Source: Tubiluchus corallicola (lineage: Eukaryota; Animalia; Priapulida). From it: a DNA stretch of 64,000 nt. Each line of letters begins with the position of its first letter. Position 1 is the first letter of the stretch. The stretch is from assembly GCA_030141605.1 (NCBI GenBank), contig JAQGDQ010000008.1, positions 620,001 to 684,000 on the forward strand, written 5' to 3'. The notes below the pieces were generated by a model. It worked only from the letters and a program-made list of their open reading frames with translations, had not been told where the DNA came from and did no database searches. A program made the translations under genes and the position numbers. Below, in pieces: positions 12,329 through 24,154 of this stretch.

Positions 12329-13175
12329 CCTTCAACTCATCTTTTACCTAAACAGCAACTGATCATGACATGATTTCTTCCAGAAAATTTATTCAACTAG
12401 AGATGATGTCACAGGGAGACAAAACAAAACTTGTGTGCATAAATGACCATGCACTGGCTTGCTAGTCATTTTCTGCCTTTGTGCCTAACAAATTCATGGT
12501 ACGACCAGTTTGAACAGTGTTTTGCATCAGCTTAAAGGATGACCAAACTGTTAAAGAACAGACTATTTTCAGTTACAGATTGTTTTGTATTGCATTGAAC
12601 GTAGGCCTATCTGCTGCTTGGACTCACTGCTAAAACTTTAGCCATGGAAAGTACATTCATCTGCAAAGCGTTGCCCAGTTTTGTACCAAAATTTGTAAAA
12701 TTTTCAACATGATGGCTGTCAAAGTCACCATATCTAAAAAATACTTGCAATTAACACTAGTTTACACTGTCAGGATTCGCATGTTATCACAGTTATATCA
12801 CATATCTCTTCTGATTACACCCCTGTTTGGTGCAGTAACTCATTGAGCCTTTTGTAAATAAAACTCAATAAATCAATGCTAGGTTGTTTTTTTATAATGA
12901 CATAAATCCAAATAATAAAACTTTTGTAAAAAAATCAAATCTTACATTTTATTATTGCTTTATTGATTAATTGTGTTAGTGCATCAATGAACAAAAATCA
13001 ACAAAAAGTATAAACAATATATATGTATATATAATTTCTTCGTTTACATTCAGTGCAAATACATAATGATTACCCATAAATGGTAAACAACAGTTTGTTA
13101 TCTTTAATACATAGCAGTACAATACAACTTCGCCGGCAATTGTTAATGAATAATTAGATAAGGCTGAGTGGTCCT

Positions 13176-13301
13176 CTAACTTTCACCAAGTAATGTGATA
13201 ACGGAATGTAGTGGTTCCCCGGATAAGCTTGAGGTTTCCCCGTTTGAAAAAAGCACTAGCGGTGGAACAAATTTCTTCTTGGAGACCATTGTTGTCAGGC
13301 C
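13176..13301 (-). CDS. UAP1: UAP1 coding exon 10 (terminal)
   Basis: TTATCAG|GGC CTG...; GLTTMVSKKKFVPPLVLFSNGE...GES-stop; phase 0 matches exon 9. Confidence 0.88.
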   Translation of the reverse strand, partial: GLTTMVSKKKFVPPLVLFSNGETSSLSGEPLHSVITLLGES

Positions 13302-13634
13302 CTGATAAGCACACATGAAGACATAAGCATTTCAAATTCAAGACAGCATTTCAGTGATTCAACAGTTAGCAGATTAAAAATTATCAAGGTACATTTCTAT
13401 GTAATGTATACAAAGTACAGTAAGCTCCTGCTTAAAAATTTGAGTAGCAGTGCTTTAGTGCTACATTTTCACACGTCTAAATTTTTGTGGACAAGATTTT
13501 TAATTCAAAAGAGCAAAGTTTAAATCTATATACCATGGTAAAAGTAATAATTATCTTTACAAACAAGTCATTTACAATCATTCAAGGTAAGTTTGGGCAA
13601 AGTACTGGGCAAACAATGTGGTTTAATGTCGTAC

Positions 13635-13698
13635 CTCTCCTGCATAAGAGACAAGGGGTGAAATCTCACAACTAATTGCCTTGCTCTTTTGTCCCGGC
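13635..13698 (-). CDS. UAP1: UAP1 coding exon 9
   Basis: 64 nt, PGQKSKAISCEISPLVSYAGE, T-rich acceptor CTGTAG and donor GAG|GTACGA. Confidence 0.93.
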
Positions 13699-14384
13699 CT
13701 ACAGTTAAAAAAAAAGACAAAATCTTGCAATTTTTCTGTTTAATCGAAGTCTCCAGCAAATGACATCTGTATGAAAATATCTTCAACAACCGGGCAAAAT
13801 AATGTACGACAAACTACAGTACATGCTTTGTAACTGCGTTACATCAAGAAACCAATCAGAAAATGTGTTTTCTGTAAATCATTTTTAGTGCATTACCTTG
13901 CAGAGAGTCAAAGGCCAGAACTGACTGTAAATTCTCCTTGTTACAGTGCATCTAATCTAATAAATGCCCTTGTATTTGAAACTTCACTACAGCATAATAA
14001 TTCAACTTATACGCAGCATGGCAAGTCATTTTTCTTAGTAAACACCCATGTGTCTTTATTACGCTTTATCAAGTTATGTTACTTTCTTCTATATCCAAAT
14101 ATTTATGTTTTCTGCACAGGTGGCAGCAGGATTTCTTGTAAGTTTGTTGCATTAAGTCAAATTTACAATCTTGTAAGTCAAACACTGATATTAGAACCTT
14201 GTCTAATGCCTACAATAGTGATCAAGCCTATTTAATACTGAAATGGAAAAATGTATGAAATGGTACATTTCATTTACTTATACACAAGGTACAATACCAC
14301 CCTGCACTGAGTCGACGTGAGCATGAACAACTGCCAGTAGGAGAGCCTTTAATGAAGCAAAAAATGGTAAAAAAAACTGAGTAC

Positions 14385-14570
14385 CTTTTACTGGAAGAGA
14401 CAGTGTTACCATCTTCAGTTACAAACTGTCCACCGGCCTCTTGAATGTATCGAGCATGAAGTGAGCACAAGTCCTCCCTGGAAGTGGTGGGCGTGTCTTT
14501 GGCTGCACCATCAGCATTTTTGAGTGGCGAAAACTCGTCTTGCCTCAGTACCTCCCAAACAGCAAAATTG
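14385..14570 (-). CDS. UAP1: UAP1 coding exon 8
   Basis: 186 nt, [50 protein letters not shown]; AG/GT ends, phase 2-2. Confidence 0.95.
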
Positions 14571-14944
14571 CTGTGTAAAACAGTTTATGATTAATTGAAA
14601 TGCTTCTTACTGATTTTAACAAAGTAGACTAGAGATTCCAAAAAAGTCTAGACTATGACTTACTGGGTTACTATGACAACCACAAAATGAATGAAATGAA
14701 ACTGGATACTTTTTCTGCAGACTTATTTTTTCTGCAATGCTTTTCTGAGAAACAGGCACTGACACCTGCTGAAATATGTGTAAGTGTAACAATAAAAAAT
14801 GTTGTAATAATTTTTTAATTTAAGTCATTCTTTAAAAATATTTTCCTTTTCAGTAATCACATCAGCTATGGTCTGAAATTAGGTACTGTTTTCCTTTAAA
14901 AGGAACTCATATGTACACAACATTGTAGAAATGTGGCACACTTA

Positions 14945-15112
<168 letters not shown>

Positions 15113-16318
15113 CTAAATTACAATTTCAGGATTAGAACGAAGCACTGACATATGCATTGGCACCTACCTGAGATGCAGCCATGATTTGTTGACTTGTAGT
15201 TGTAGGACATGGTTGCATTTTCTTAACTGGATATGAAACATATTCGATGATCTATTTTTAGCCACATGCTTGCGAGAAACTTTGCATGTAAGCAGCATTG
15301 TTAATGTGTTAAATTACATACACGAACCTGATTTTACAGCCCTGACGACTACATTTGTCAGCTCAATCTAAATTAATCCAACATTTGTGGATTTTGCATA
15401 AACTTGAAACTGATATAGGTAATGCAATCAGTTTACACCAGCTGCACAAATAATAGATGATTGCAAATAAAAACTGAAATCAATTATAATCGACCAATCA
15501 GTCTCAGCACCAATGACTTGGCTGTTACAGTCATCAGTGCGATTTTAAGCATCAATAGGACAGTAATAGCGCAGGAAATCAGCAGAAAAATCATGCTAAT
15601 TATTTTAAACGAAAAGTTTTAATCTCCCTTCTGTCTGGCTTCAGTAATATGCTTTTAAACACTGTACTGCTTGACAAAACTGAATTTGTTCAATGAAAAT
15701 TTTAGCTTTCAAAATTCAAACAAGCCGAAATATTTGTCCAGTACAAAAAACATTTGCATCTTTTCAGTCAGTAAAGGAAGTGCACTTGCAGAATAAAGAT
15801 GTCTCTGTGTGCAGATGAACAAAAATGTGAAAATAGCTGACAGCAAATTTAAGTGTGGCTTTCCATTTGAAAAGCTTCGCATCTGTAGACGAATTGTTTT
15901 TAAGAAGTATCTTGTTTGCGCTACACAAAAGTTGCACAAGCATAATATAAAAGCAAAATTTTCAACTTGTATTTGTACATACTAACATTTTACAATCAAA
16001 CTAACCTGAAATTTCTATAAAAAATCTTAAAATTGCTATGGTATCTTATAGCCAATGGCCAATTATACCATAGCCCGCTGAAATAGTGGTAGCAGCATTG
16101 CTGTACACAAACAAGGAAATAAACAAATTTAATTCAAAACAAGACATCTTTGAAATACGTAAACATCTGTAAAAATTGCTTATTAAGCAAACATTCTCAT
16201 AATTATGAAAATAGTTACATATACAAAGAATAATATTCTTATACAGAAAATCACAAGCTCACAACAACAGATGTACTGTTACTCAGGCTAATGTTACCAG
16301 TGCTAACTTAACACTTAA

Positions 16319-16861
16319 CCATTTCACTACGGAAGGTGGCACAATGCCCCTTCGTTTTTCATGCAAGAGACGGAAGGTGGTAAACTGCCGCCGAAGCTCA
16401 GCAGTAAGCGCAGTCGCCCACGTCTGTTTATTTCACTGCTACGACCATGCAGAAATGTTTAACAGCCATGGAATTGGGGTTGTTTCGCAACAAGTAACAA
16501 TATGAAGCCAAGTGCATTGCACAATACTGTACTGTATGGTATGTTCCCATGCAAAATCACTTTCTACGTTCTACGTTGAATGTTCTACGTTCTTATAAAA
16601 TGATTGCATATTATGGATTAATATTGTCTTTTGTGAAAACAGGTTTCTAAATATAAGTACATGCTTATTTTATAGAGGTGTGTGTGTGCATGAGTGCATG
16701 TATGTGTGCTCATATTTATGTGCATGTGTAGAAATAAAGAACAACTATTTGTTTATTTACAAGAATCTGTTTTAGTAACTTTAGTAACACACCACAAGAA
16801 CTTATTGTCAAATGTGCAAAGTCAATGTGGTCCAGTTAAAAAGAACTACGTAGTGAAAAGG
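16319..16861. mobile_element. piggyBac-type MITE (543 bp) in a UAP1 intron
   Basis: TTAA on both sides (16315-18, 16862-65); TIRs CCATTTCACTACG and CGTAGTGAAAAGG match 12/13. Confidence 0.85.
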
Positions 16862-16875
16862 TTAAAATTTATCCG

Positions 16876-16969
16876 ATGGCATACGCTGTCCTTACTATTT
16901 TGTTACAAAAGCTATCTAATGGCATAAGCCGTCCTTACTATTTTGTTACCAAAGCTATCTGTTGGCATA
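16876..16969. repeat. 43-bp tandem duplication
   Basis: Two copies of ATGGCATA..GTCCTTACTATTTTGTTAC.AAAGCTATCT directly after the piggyBac MITE. Confidence 0.85.
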
Positions 16970-17594
16970 TGACATCCTATGCAAACAAATGCAGATATTT
17001 GTCTAGGAAAGCATGTAGATTCCGTATATCATTATAGGTAACATAGGTAAATTGTAAAATCATTGACAGATCTTGTTTGTTTGTTCGTTAATCGTTTGTT
17101 TGTTTGGGCCGAACAAACAAGTAAATAGAGTAGAAAGTGCAGCCTACTTTTTTGCAATGTGCCCAAAAAAAGTCGTTTACTCGACAAAAGTATAACTGGT
17201 AGCCAGTTTATGCATAATATGAGCTGTTTTTTTATGTTTTGCAAATAAGTGCTGTGTTAGCTGTTTCAAAGCAGCAGAGAAATTAGCTGAAGCTTCAAAG
17301 CTGGTCACTGTGAATTTTGCTTAAACATTGACCAGCTTTCGCAAACTTAAATTTTTGCCTATAATTTAGACTACCATACACACATAGAAATTATCGTTAT
17401 AAACAAAACTATAGTGGAATTGTATTGTAGGGCTTGAAATGATCTACAAAATGGTATGAACTTTGTATGTTTAGCGCATTTCCAAAAAATATACAAACAC
17501 TGAAAAAGGGGGCATTTTCGCATAATCATTAAAGAAATACCCGTTGATTAGCACCTAGCTTCTAAGTGTTAATTTGATCAATGTATTACAGTAC

Positions 17595-17788
17595 CTCACA
17601 ACAGTTTTCAGAAAGTCCAAGGTAAAAAAATGATTAGCAATGTTGCCGGCACTGAACGTCAAACGCCCATCAGAGTTTCTTCTTTCTGCAGTATTGTCAG
17701 TGATTTCACTGTACTCGACCACCTGGTATACACCCTTCACTAGACACACAACACCCACCGGTTCCGTGGGGGCGGTTTTCTCTACGAC
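17595..17788 (-). CDS. UAP1: UAP1 coding exon 6
   Basis: 194 nt, [29 protein letters not shown]...[16 protein letters not shown]; AG/GT ends, phases consistent. Confidence 0.96.
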
Positions 17789-18076
17789 CTGTTTCAACAA
17801 GCAAAAACCACCTTTGAAAGGCCATTAAATTACGATGAGTGTGGAATATGATCATGTTACTGAAATTAACTTATTAGGAAAATCTCAAAACTGCCAAGAC
17901 GCATATATGAGACTCGGTTGGTTAATTTGTCTGAAAAGTGTTACCTTCACAGACAAATATCAATGTTTATGTTAACTCATTTTATTTACAGCAGTTTACT
18001 AGTGACATCACATAATCTTGAGAGCACATATGACAGAATCAAGTCCTGACAGTAATAGTATCAGATAAAGCTCCTG

Positions 18077-19133
18077 TAGAAGCAGATCCACATGGGGGTA
18101 TCCAGGGGGTCTGGACTCCTCCCCTCTGACATGGAAAAATTAACTATAACAGGCATCCGTTTGCGGTGTAAAGACGGAAAATTTAACTCAATACTGCAAC
18201 ACTGGATTATAACGTTACAAAATCATGAAGTTCACGTACTTGATCAGCCATTCTCTCTACGTAATTGAAGTACAACATGTACAAAAGTGCTAAAAGCGGT
18301 GTCGCAGAGCTCATGATTCCCCCAATGCAACGCTTCATAACTGCCATCAATGCACTTATTTAATGCTATAATTAGCATCCATGATCTACTTAGACATTTG
18401 CTGCGCTGTGCTAATTATTACAGTCTGTAACTGACTGTTAGTAATTAAATAATTTTGCTTTAGCTGTACTAAACAACTTAAATACATCCTTGGTATGTGC
18501 TAAATTCATGCTATAGCTACAGCTGTGTTTGTAGTTAAGGTTATTTATGAATTTGAGTGTTAACTAAAGTACTAAACTTTTAATCCAAGTACTAATAACA
18601 ATTATTAATAAGTGCATTTAAACAGACATTTTTGTCTTCATTTCTGAAGTCATGGATAAAATAACAATAATACATAGAAATAACATGTTCATTTAAAAAC
18701 ATGGATTTTTTATTCCCTGACTAATATTATACGGAGTCATTGTAATTTCGGCAAGCAACAAGGCACTTAAATAGAACTTGTGAACTAATAAAATTAACCA
18801 GAAATGACATATGATAAAAAGCTAATGACATGACAGTGCAGAGACAACAACATTAATAAGGCAATAAAAGGCATTGGAATGCAAAAATTTCTATGTCGAT
18901 TATTCTTATTTGTCGTACGAAGTAGTAGCAGCTACTGTCACTATAACTACAAACTCTAGTGCAAATGTTCAAAAAATTTAGTCAGTATTTTTAAAGTTTA
19001 ATCACTAAGCATGCTTCAGAAGGTTGCAAATCTCCTGGCTGAGCAGCCGTGGAAGCTACCCCGGCCCCTCATTCCCCTTTCTGTTTGGTTACATTTTGAA
19101 ATCTCCCTTTCAAAAATACTGGATACTTCCCTG
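18077..19133. mobile_element. PIF/Harbinger-like non-autonomous element
   Basis: Left end AGAAGCAGATCCA...GGGGGTCTGGACTCCTCCC and right end AAAAATACTGGATACTTCCCTG resemble decayed AGGGGCGGATCCAG-type termini. Confidence 0.55.
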
Positions 19134-19437
19134 ACCTGGAATATTACTGGAATAGGTGTTTCTGTACACGTATTTTTATGTAAACAATTTGGAAATATAA
19201 TATTGCATAGTAAACAATTGCGACCTTTTAAATTCTAAATTATTTTTTATCCTTTGGTATATATGCAGTAATTCAGTCTTTAGCTGCAATGATTAGCTGG
19301 AACTAATTGTAGAAGCTTATAAAAAGATCATATGTTGTAAAATCTTCTTGTAAGTTGTAACATTGTAATGTTGTATAAACAGTAAACTGAGTAGCGCATC
19401 TAACAACATCATTAAAATCATTCCCCATTGCTTTTAC

Positions 19438-19610
19438 CTTTGCTCCACATTCCGCCTGTTTTGCCATACAAAATCCGGTAAAAACTGGATCTGCCACCTT
19501 TACGAGGATATTATCCACACAATAGGCATGTACAAACCTCACGCCACGTCTTTCCATGTCTTCAATGATTCCTGCAACTCGGAGCGCGCTATATAAACCT
19601 CCATTGCCAT
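19438..19610 (-). CDS. UAP1: UAP1 coding exon 5
   Basis: 173 nt, [10 protein letters not shown]...[29 protein letters not shown]; donor AAG|GTAAAA. Confidence 0.96.
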
Positions 19611-19935
19611 CTAAGAAATGCAAAGCCATCAAAAACTAGCAATAAAAGTAATACTGCATGACTTCAAGCTGAAAAAAATCAACAGTTATGTACTATTACC
19701 AATCAGTGAATCTGACACCTCAAAGAAATTAGAGATAATAATAAGATAAAATAATAATAAATATAATAATAAAATAATAATACAATAGTAAAAGAAACAA
19801 CATTCAGCATCTGATGCTGCTCTAACTGTTGTAACTGCCTTCCTTCTATTGAGACATTGCAGAAAGGAGAAGTGAAAAGAAATAAATTAAACTGTCAGTT
19901 CGGGGTAACGTGACCCGAACTAACAAGTACATTAC

Positions 19936-20111
19936 CTGGTGCTGAAGCAACCTTTCCTGGTCCTTCTAGGATAATTTTCCCATCAAATGTAAAACAGGGA
20001 AGAGTTCCCTGATTGAAAAGCATCACATCGTTGGGATTCAGATCAAAATAATTGTGTTTTTTGAAAAAATTGCTAGTCTCCTCTTTTGTAGCTTTGCTAG
20101 TCATTATATAC
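19936..20111 (-). CDS. UAP1: UAP1 coding exon 4
   Basis: 176 nt, YIMTSKATKEETSNFFKKHNYF...FNQGTLPCFTFDGKIILE...ASAP; donor CAG|GTAATG. Confidence 0.96.
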
Positions 20112-20585
20112 CTTGAAATGAGATGCAAAACTTCAGAGAAAAGTAAATGACAAGGTACTGGACACTGAGTCATTAATGCATTTACATATGTAGGATAATA
20201 TTTCAAAACTGGCAAAGACCATTTCAAATGGTGCATCTGTCTTGTTTTAACAACCTAACACAAAATACTGCAGCCGATGCCAATTTAAAAAATATTTTGC
20301 GTGATTTGAAACAGGTGAAATTGCCATTTCAAGATGTTCATACACTTTAATTGCTCTTGCATACACAACATTAGAAACCTGTAAATTTGCATACAAATTT
20401 GCAAGCAGAAACTGTGTATCAGATCCTTAATTGTCCTTGTTAAATAAAAGAAAGGTTTTGGTCCCACTACAATCATCAACATTGAACAGCCCCACTAGGT
20501 AATGGAATCAAGCTTGCAGAATGCTTTACTGTATATAAAAATGCAAATTTGTGTATGTAATCAATAACTAACAAAGGCTATATAC

Positions 20586-20790
20586 CACGGAATGGTGCCA
20601 CATTTCTTGTATCTTTCCATAGCCAGCTGCTGGAGTTTCAGTATCCGCTCAGCCTGTAACTGATAAAGCGTTTTCTTAGAAGGCAAACCAACATTGTACA
20701 TCCCTTTAGGATACGGCACACCAAGGCGTGTGCCCTGCCCTCCAGCAAGAAGAATAACTGCCACATGACCTTCAGAAATGCCCTTCAAGC
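20586..20790 (-). CDS. UAP1: UAP1 coding exon 3
   Basis: 205 nt, nucleotidyltransferase signature [37 protein letters not shown]. Confidence 0.97.
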
Positions 20791-21104
20791 CTAGAGGAAC
20801 AAACCCACAGATATTAGATTTATGATACTTTATAACTAAAGAAAACATGTGGCAAGATTGAATTTGAAAAACAATGGCCGCTTTGTCAGCACATTAATTA
20901 GATAGCCAAGTGCCTCAGGGTTACTCCTAACAGGTCAACCGTTTTATATATTTTTCTTAGAGCTTTGGTTCAATCTTCGGACTTTTGTTCTCAAAACATG
21001 GAAATCTGAATGTTTTTTGTATCCATGCAAACAATCACATCGGCTAAATATAAAGGCATTCTTACAGTAAAACTAGTTAATTACAGTAAGTAATTACTTC
21101 TGTG

Positions 21105-21242
21105 ACATACATACGTACGTACGTCGTATGTACATATGTACATACATACGTACGTACGTCGTATGTACATATGTACATACATGCATGCATGCATGCATAC
21201 ATACATACATACATACATACATACATACATACATACATACAT

Positions 21243-21301
<59 letters not shown>
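21105..21301. repeat. Compound tetranucleotide microsatellite (TACG/TGCA/TACA/GACA)
   Basis: Directly visible; produces the spurious low-complexity ORFs at 21081-21385. Confidence 0.97.
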
Positions 21302-21304
<3 letters not shown>

Positions 21305-23310
21305 TCGTATCTTAGTTTGCCAGACGAAAGGAGGGAGAATATATTCGGTCTGAATATACTGACTGCACGTATTTTCAGAGACTAAGCTGTAGCATACTGT
21401 TTATTTTCCCCCAGAAAGTTTGATGAGAAATAGTGTAATGATGGTGTTATCAATAATAATAATTAATATGACAACCAAGCTATTGTCATATTATCAACTA
21501 AACCTGAAAACAAGTATTAAAAATGGTTCAGTTGTCCTTTAAACCCAAGATTTAGGAATGTAAGTTCTGCGGGTTGGTTTATAGCATTCAATTTTGTGCG
21601 TGATATGAAGCCGTCTGATCAACTTGTGACTGCGGAGAGGTGACCCAGAAAACTCGTCACGATATAGGTGTACAAGGTAGAAAACAGTTGAGCTTTGGTA
21701 CTGGACCTGAAAACATTACATAGGTCAGACTTTTCGTAATGGCCGTTTTGCTGAACTTTCGAATGAAAATGTTTGTCCATTTTACTACTTTTGATTGCTG
21801 CTGTCATAGTTGATGGGTGATGATTTTGGACAGTTAATGGAGTCCCAAGTACCCGATGTTATGGTGATAGTACTTGTGACTAGGCAGACTACCGGTTGAG
21901 TGATAGACGAGAAGGACAAGACAGTTTTCTTGGTTATTTGAGGCCAGCAAGAGGCGTCTAGAGCTTCAGACTATCCCACTGGATCCTGATCTGTAAGTTG
22001 ACTTATTCTTTGTCTTACTATGCAGCATGTCATGGGTACAGATGGACTAATGGTATTCACAATTGATAAATGTTCAATATATACGTGATCCTACACGAGT
22101 TGAAGTCATGCCCGACATTGAAATTATGCATGATGTTTAGTAACGAAATGTTTCCTGCATGCTGCTAATTTACAAGTGACGTCACAGCCCTGAATGCTAC
22201 TCTTAACCCGTTAACTTGCTAGCATTTCCCCATGGGGTAGCTAGTAGTTAGGATAAGCCCTTAGACGAATATTTGCTATGGTTAGTTTAGTTTATGTTCC
22301 AATGGAAATATCACCAAGTCATTATAATATGTTTAATTATGAACACTGTTTATTTTTGGTGCTATTGCTTAATTTTGTTTTCAATTTTGCCCAATAACTT
22401 TTCTGATATTTTTGCCAATGTTTTATTTCGATGTATTGTGCTTTAACGACGTATTTCATAGGTTTGATTTTCATGCCTAATGTTTCGTCATTAAACTTGA
22501 TTACAGTATACTATAATTATTATTGTTGCATCATTGTCCTGTTGCATTTAATTCAATTAACCGACAAGTGCTAATACAGTATCCCACAAGAACCAATACC
22601 ATCCTGAAGTGGTAGCACCCCCCGTAGACTACCCTTGCTGCGAAGTCACTATCTAGAGTTTGTGGGCTTTAAAGTAAAATCCCTCTTTAAAGTAAAATTT
22701 TATGTAAACTTATTGCTCGGCCAAGGAATCTCCAGTGACTACCTTACATCTAGTCAGGCCTGCCCCATCTGCACTAGTTGTAACATAAGCTAATACAGTA
22801 GGCGCCATGTATTAGACTCACAGCAATGTAGAATCAATTGCCGTTCCTATGCAAAAGTATATAAAAACTGTCGGCGATAGACTGAAATAGCTCCATATAA
22901 TTGACTCTAAACCACTTACACACGTTGATTAAACCACTAAATACGGTGACATACAAGCTACACACGTGTTGTTACACACTGCTTAGATGTAAACAAAGTG
23001 ACGGCTCGCCAACTAGTGGTCAGCTTGCGAAATAATGGACTGTGTCTGAAGTATACGGGACTTTTTAACAGACCAGATTTTGTCCGAATTTTTCGATATC
23101 CGACAAACTGAGATACGAGTGAACATTCACTGAAGGAGGATGTATTGCATAGGAACATGGCTAAGATATTCTGCCGATTCAGTGCCTCATCTTACAGGAT
23201 TACTGTTGATAACAAGTCAGATTCTAGTCCTGCCGCAGCTAACCAAATTAAGCGTGCCCTGCCACTGAACGGTGGATTCCACCTTGCACAATGTCAAATT
23301 GTATATTTAC

Positions 23311-23455
23311 CATCATCTTCATATTTCCGAAGTTGACTAGTTTCAGTCTGAGTGACACTCCCAAACACTTCATTAGGAACAGGTTTCATCTGATCATCAA
23401 GCTTATCTGATGCGCTATGATGGACTTCGATTGCTCTTTTGAAATATGTCGAAAC
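23311..23455 (-). CDS. UAP1: UAP1 coding exon 2 (absent from the ORF track)
   Basis: 145 nt, VSTYFKRAIEVHHSASDKLDDQMKPVPNEVFGSVTQTETSQLRKYEDD; acceptor TTTCTGTAG, donor G|GTAAAT; phases 0-1 fit the neighbours. Confidence 0.93.
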
Positions 23456-23471
23456 CTACAGAAAGTAAACA

Positions 23472-24154
23472 CAGTAAGTCCTCGCTTAATGACTCCCCAT
23501 TTAGTGATGTTTTGTTTTAATGCCGCTGATCATTTGATACCTTTGTCACCTAACGACGCATGCTTCACTCTAACGATAATTTTTTGCTTTGCTCAAGCCA
23601 AATTTTTATTTTATCAACAACATTTTACCAATTTGATGCATTAAAACAGTACATAATGCATTATTCTCTTCTAAAAATGTACTAGTAACGTAAGTAGTGT
23701 AATTATTATATATGTTTTGTTTCTCGACCGACTGCTGGCCGTTTATATCAAATAAGACCTGCCAGCAAACTTTATGCATGCAACCTGTTGCTACAGCAAC
23801 CAAACTAAGTATCTAGATAAAATTCCCAAGGTTACCCAGGGCTTGACTTCGACTCTGCAGTGTTTCTTGTTTAACCACTACCTAGGCTTAAACGTTAGCG
23901 AACGAGAATCATTTATAGCTAGGTAATGTTAAGAAAGAAATAGAGGTGGTTTCAGGTAAACAGAAAGAAATTAATCAGTAGAAATATGAATAAAACTCAA
24001 AATGTTTAAGTTATATGATTTAACCAGGATTGATTTTTGCCTCTGAAACTTATCTCAATTCTTTTACATTACTTTCTATGGAAGCCTTGGCTTCGTATAA
24101 TGATGTTTCTCATTTTGCTGGAATGCATTAGTGTCATTAAGCGAGGACTTTCTG
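23472..24154. mobile_element. pogo/Tigger-type (Tc1-mariner superfamily) MITE
   Basis: 22-bp TIRs CAGTAAGTCCTCGCTTAATGAC and GTCATTAAGCGAGGACTTTCTG (21/22); TA on the right flank, CA on the left. Confidence 0.88.

Noticed and set aside
14270-14346. Extra UAP1 exon just downstream of exon 8
   Set aside because: It would need an intron of only about 38 nt, and the peptide has no UAP1 similarity.
14667-14680. RFX X-box-like GTTACTATGACAAC in a UAP1 intron
   Set aside because: Isolated motif with no promoter context; could arise by chance.
21081-21385. Three ORFs with repetitive peptides
   Set aside because: Translations of the TACA/GACA microsatellite.
21600-22780. Possible LTR-retrotransposon pol end and LTR remnant in a UAP1 intron
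   Set aside because: Composition is suggestive, but I could not confirm any motif or terminus.
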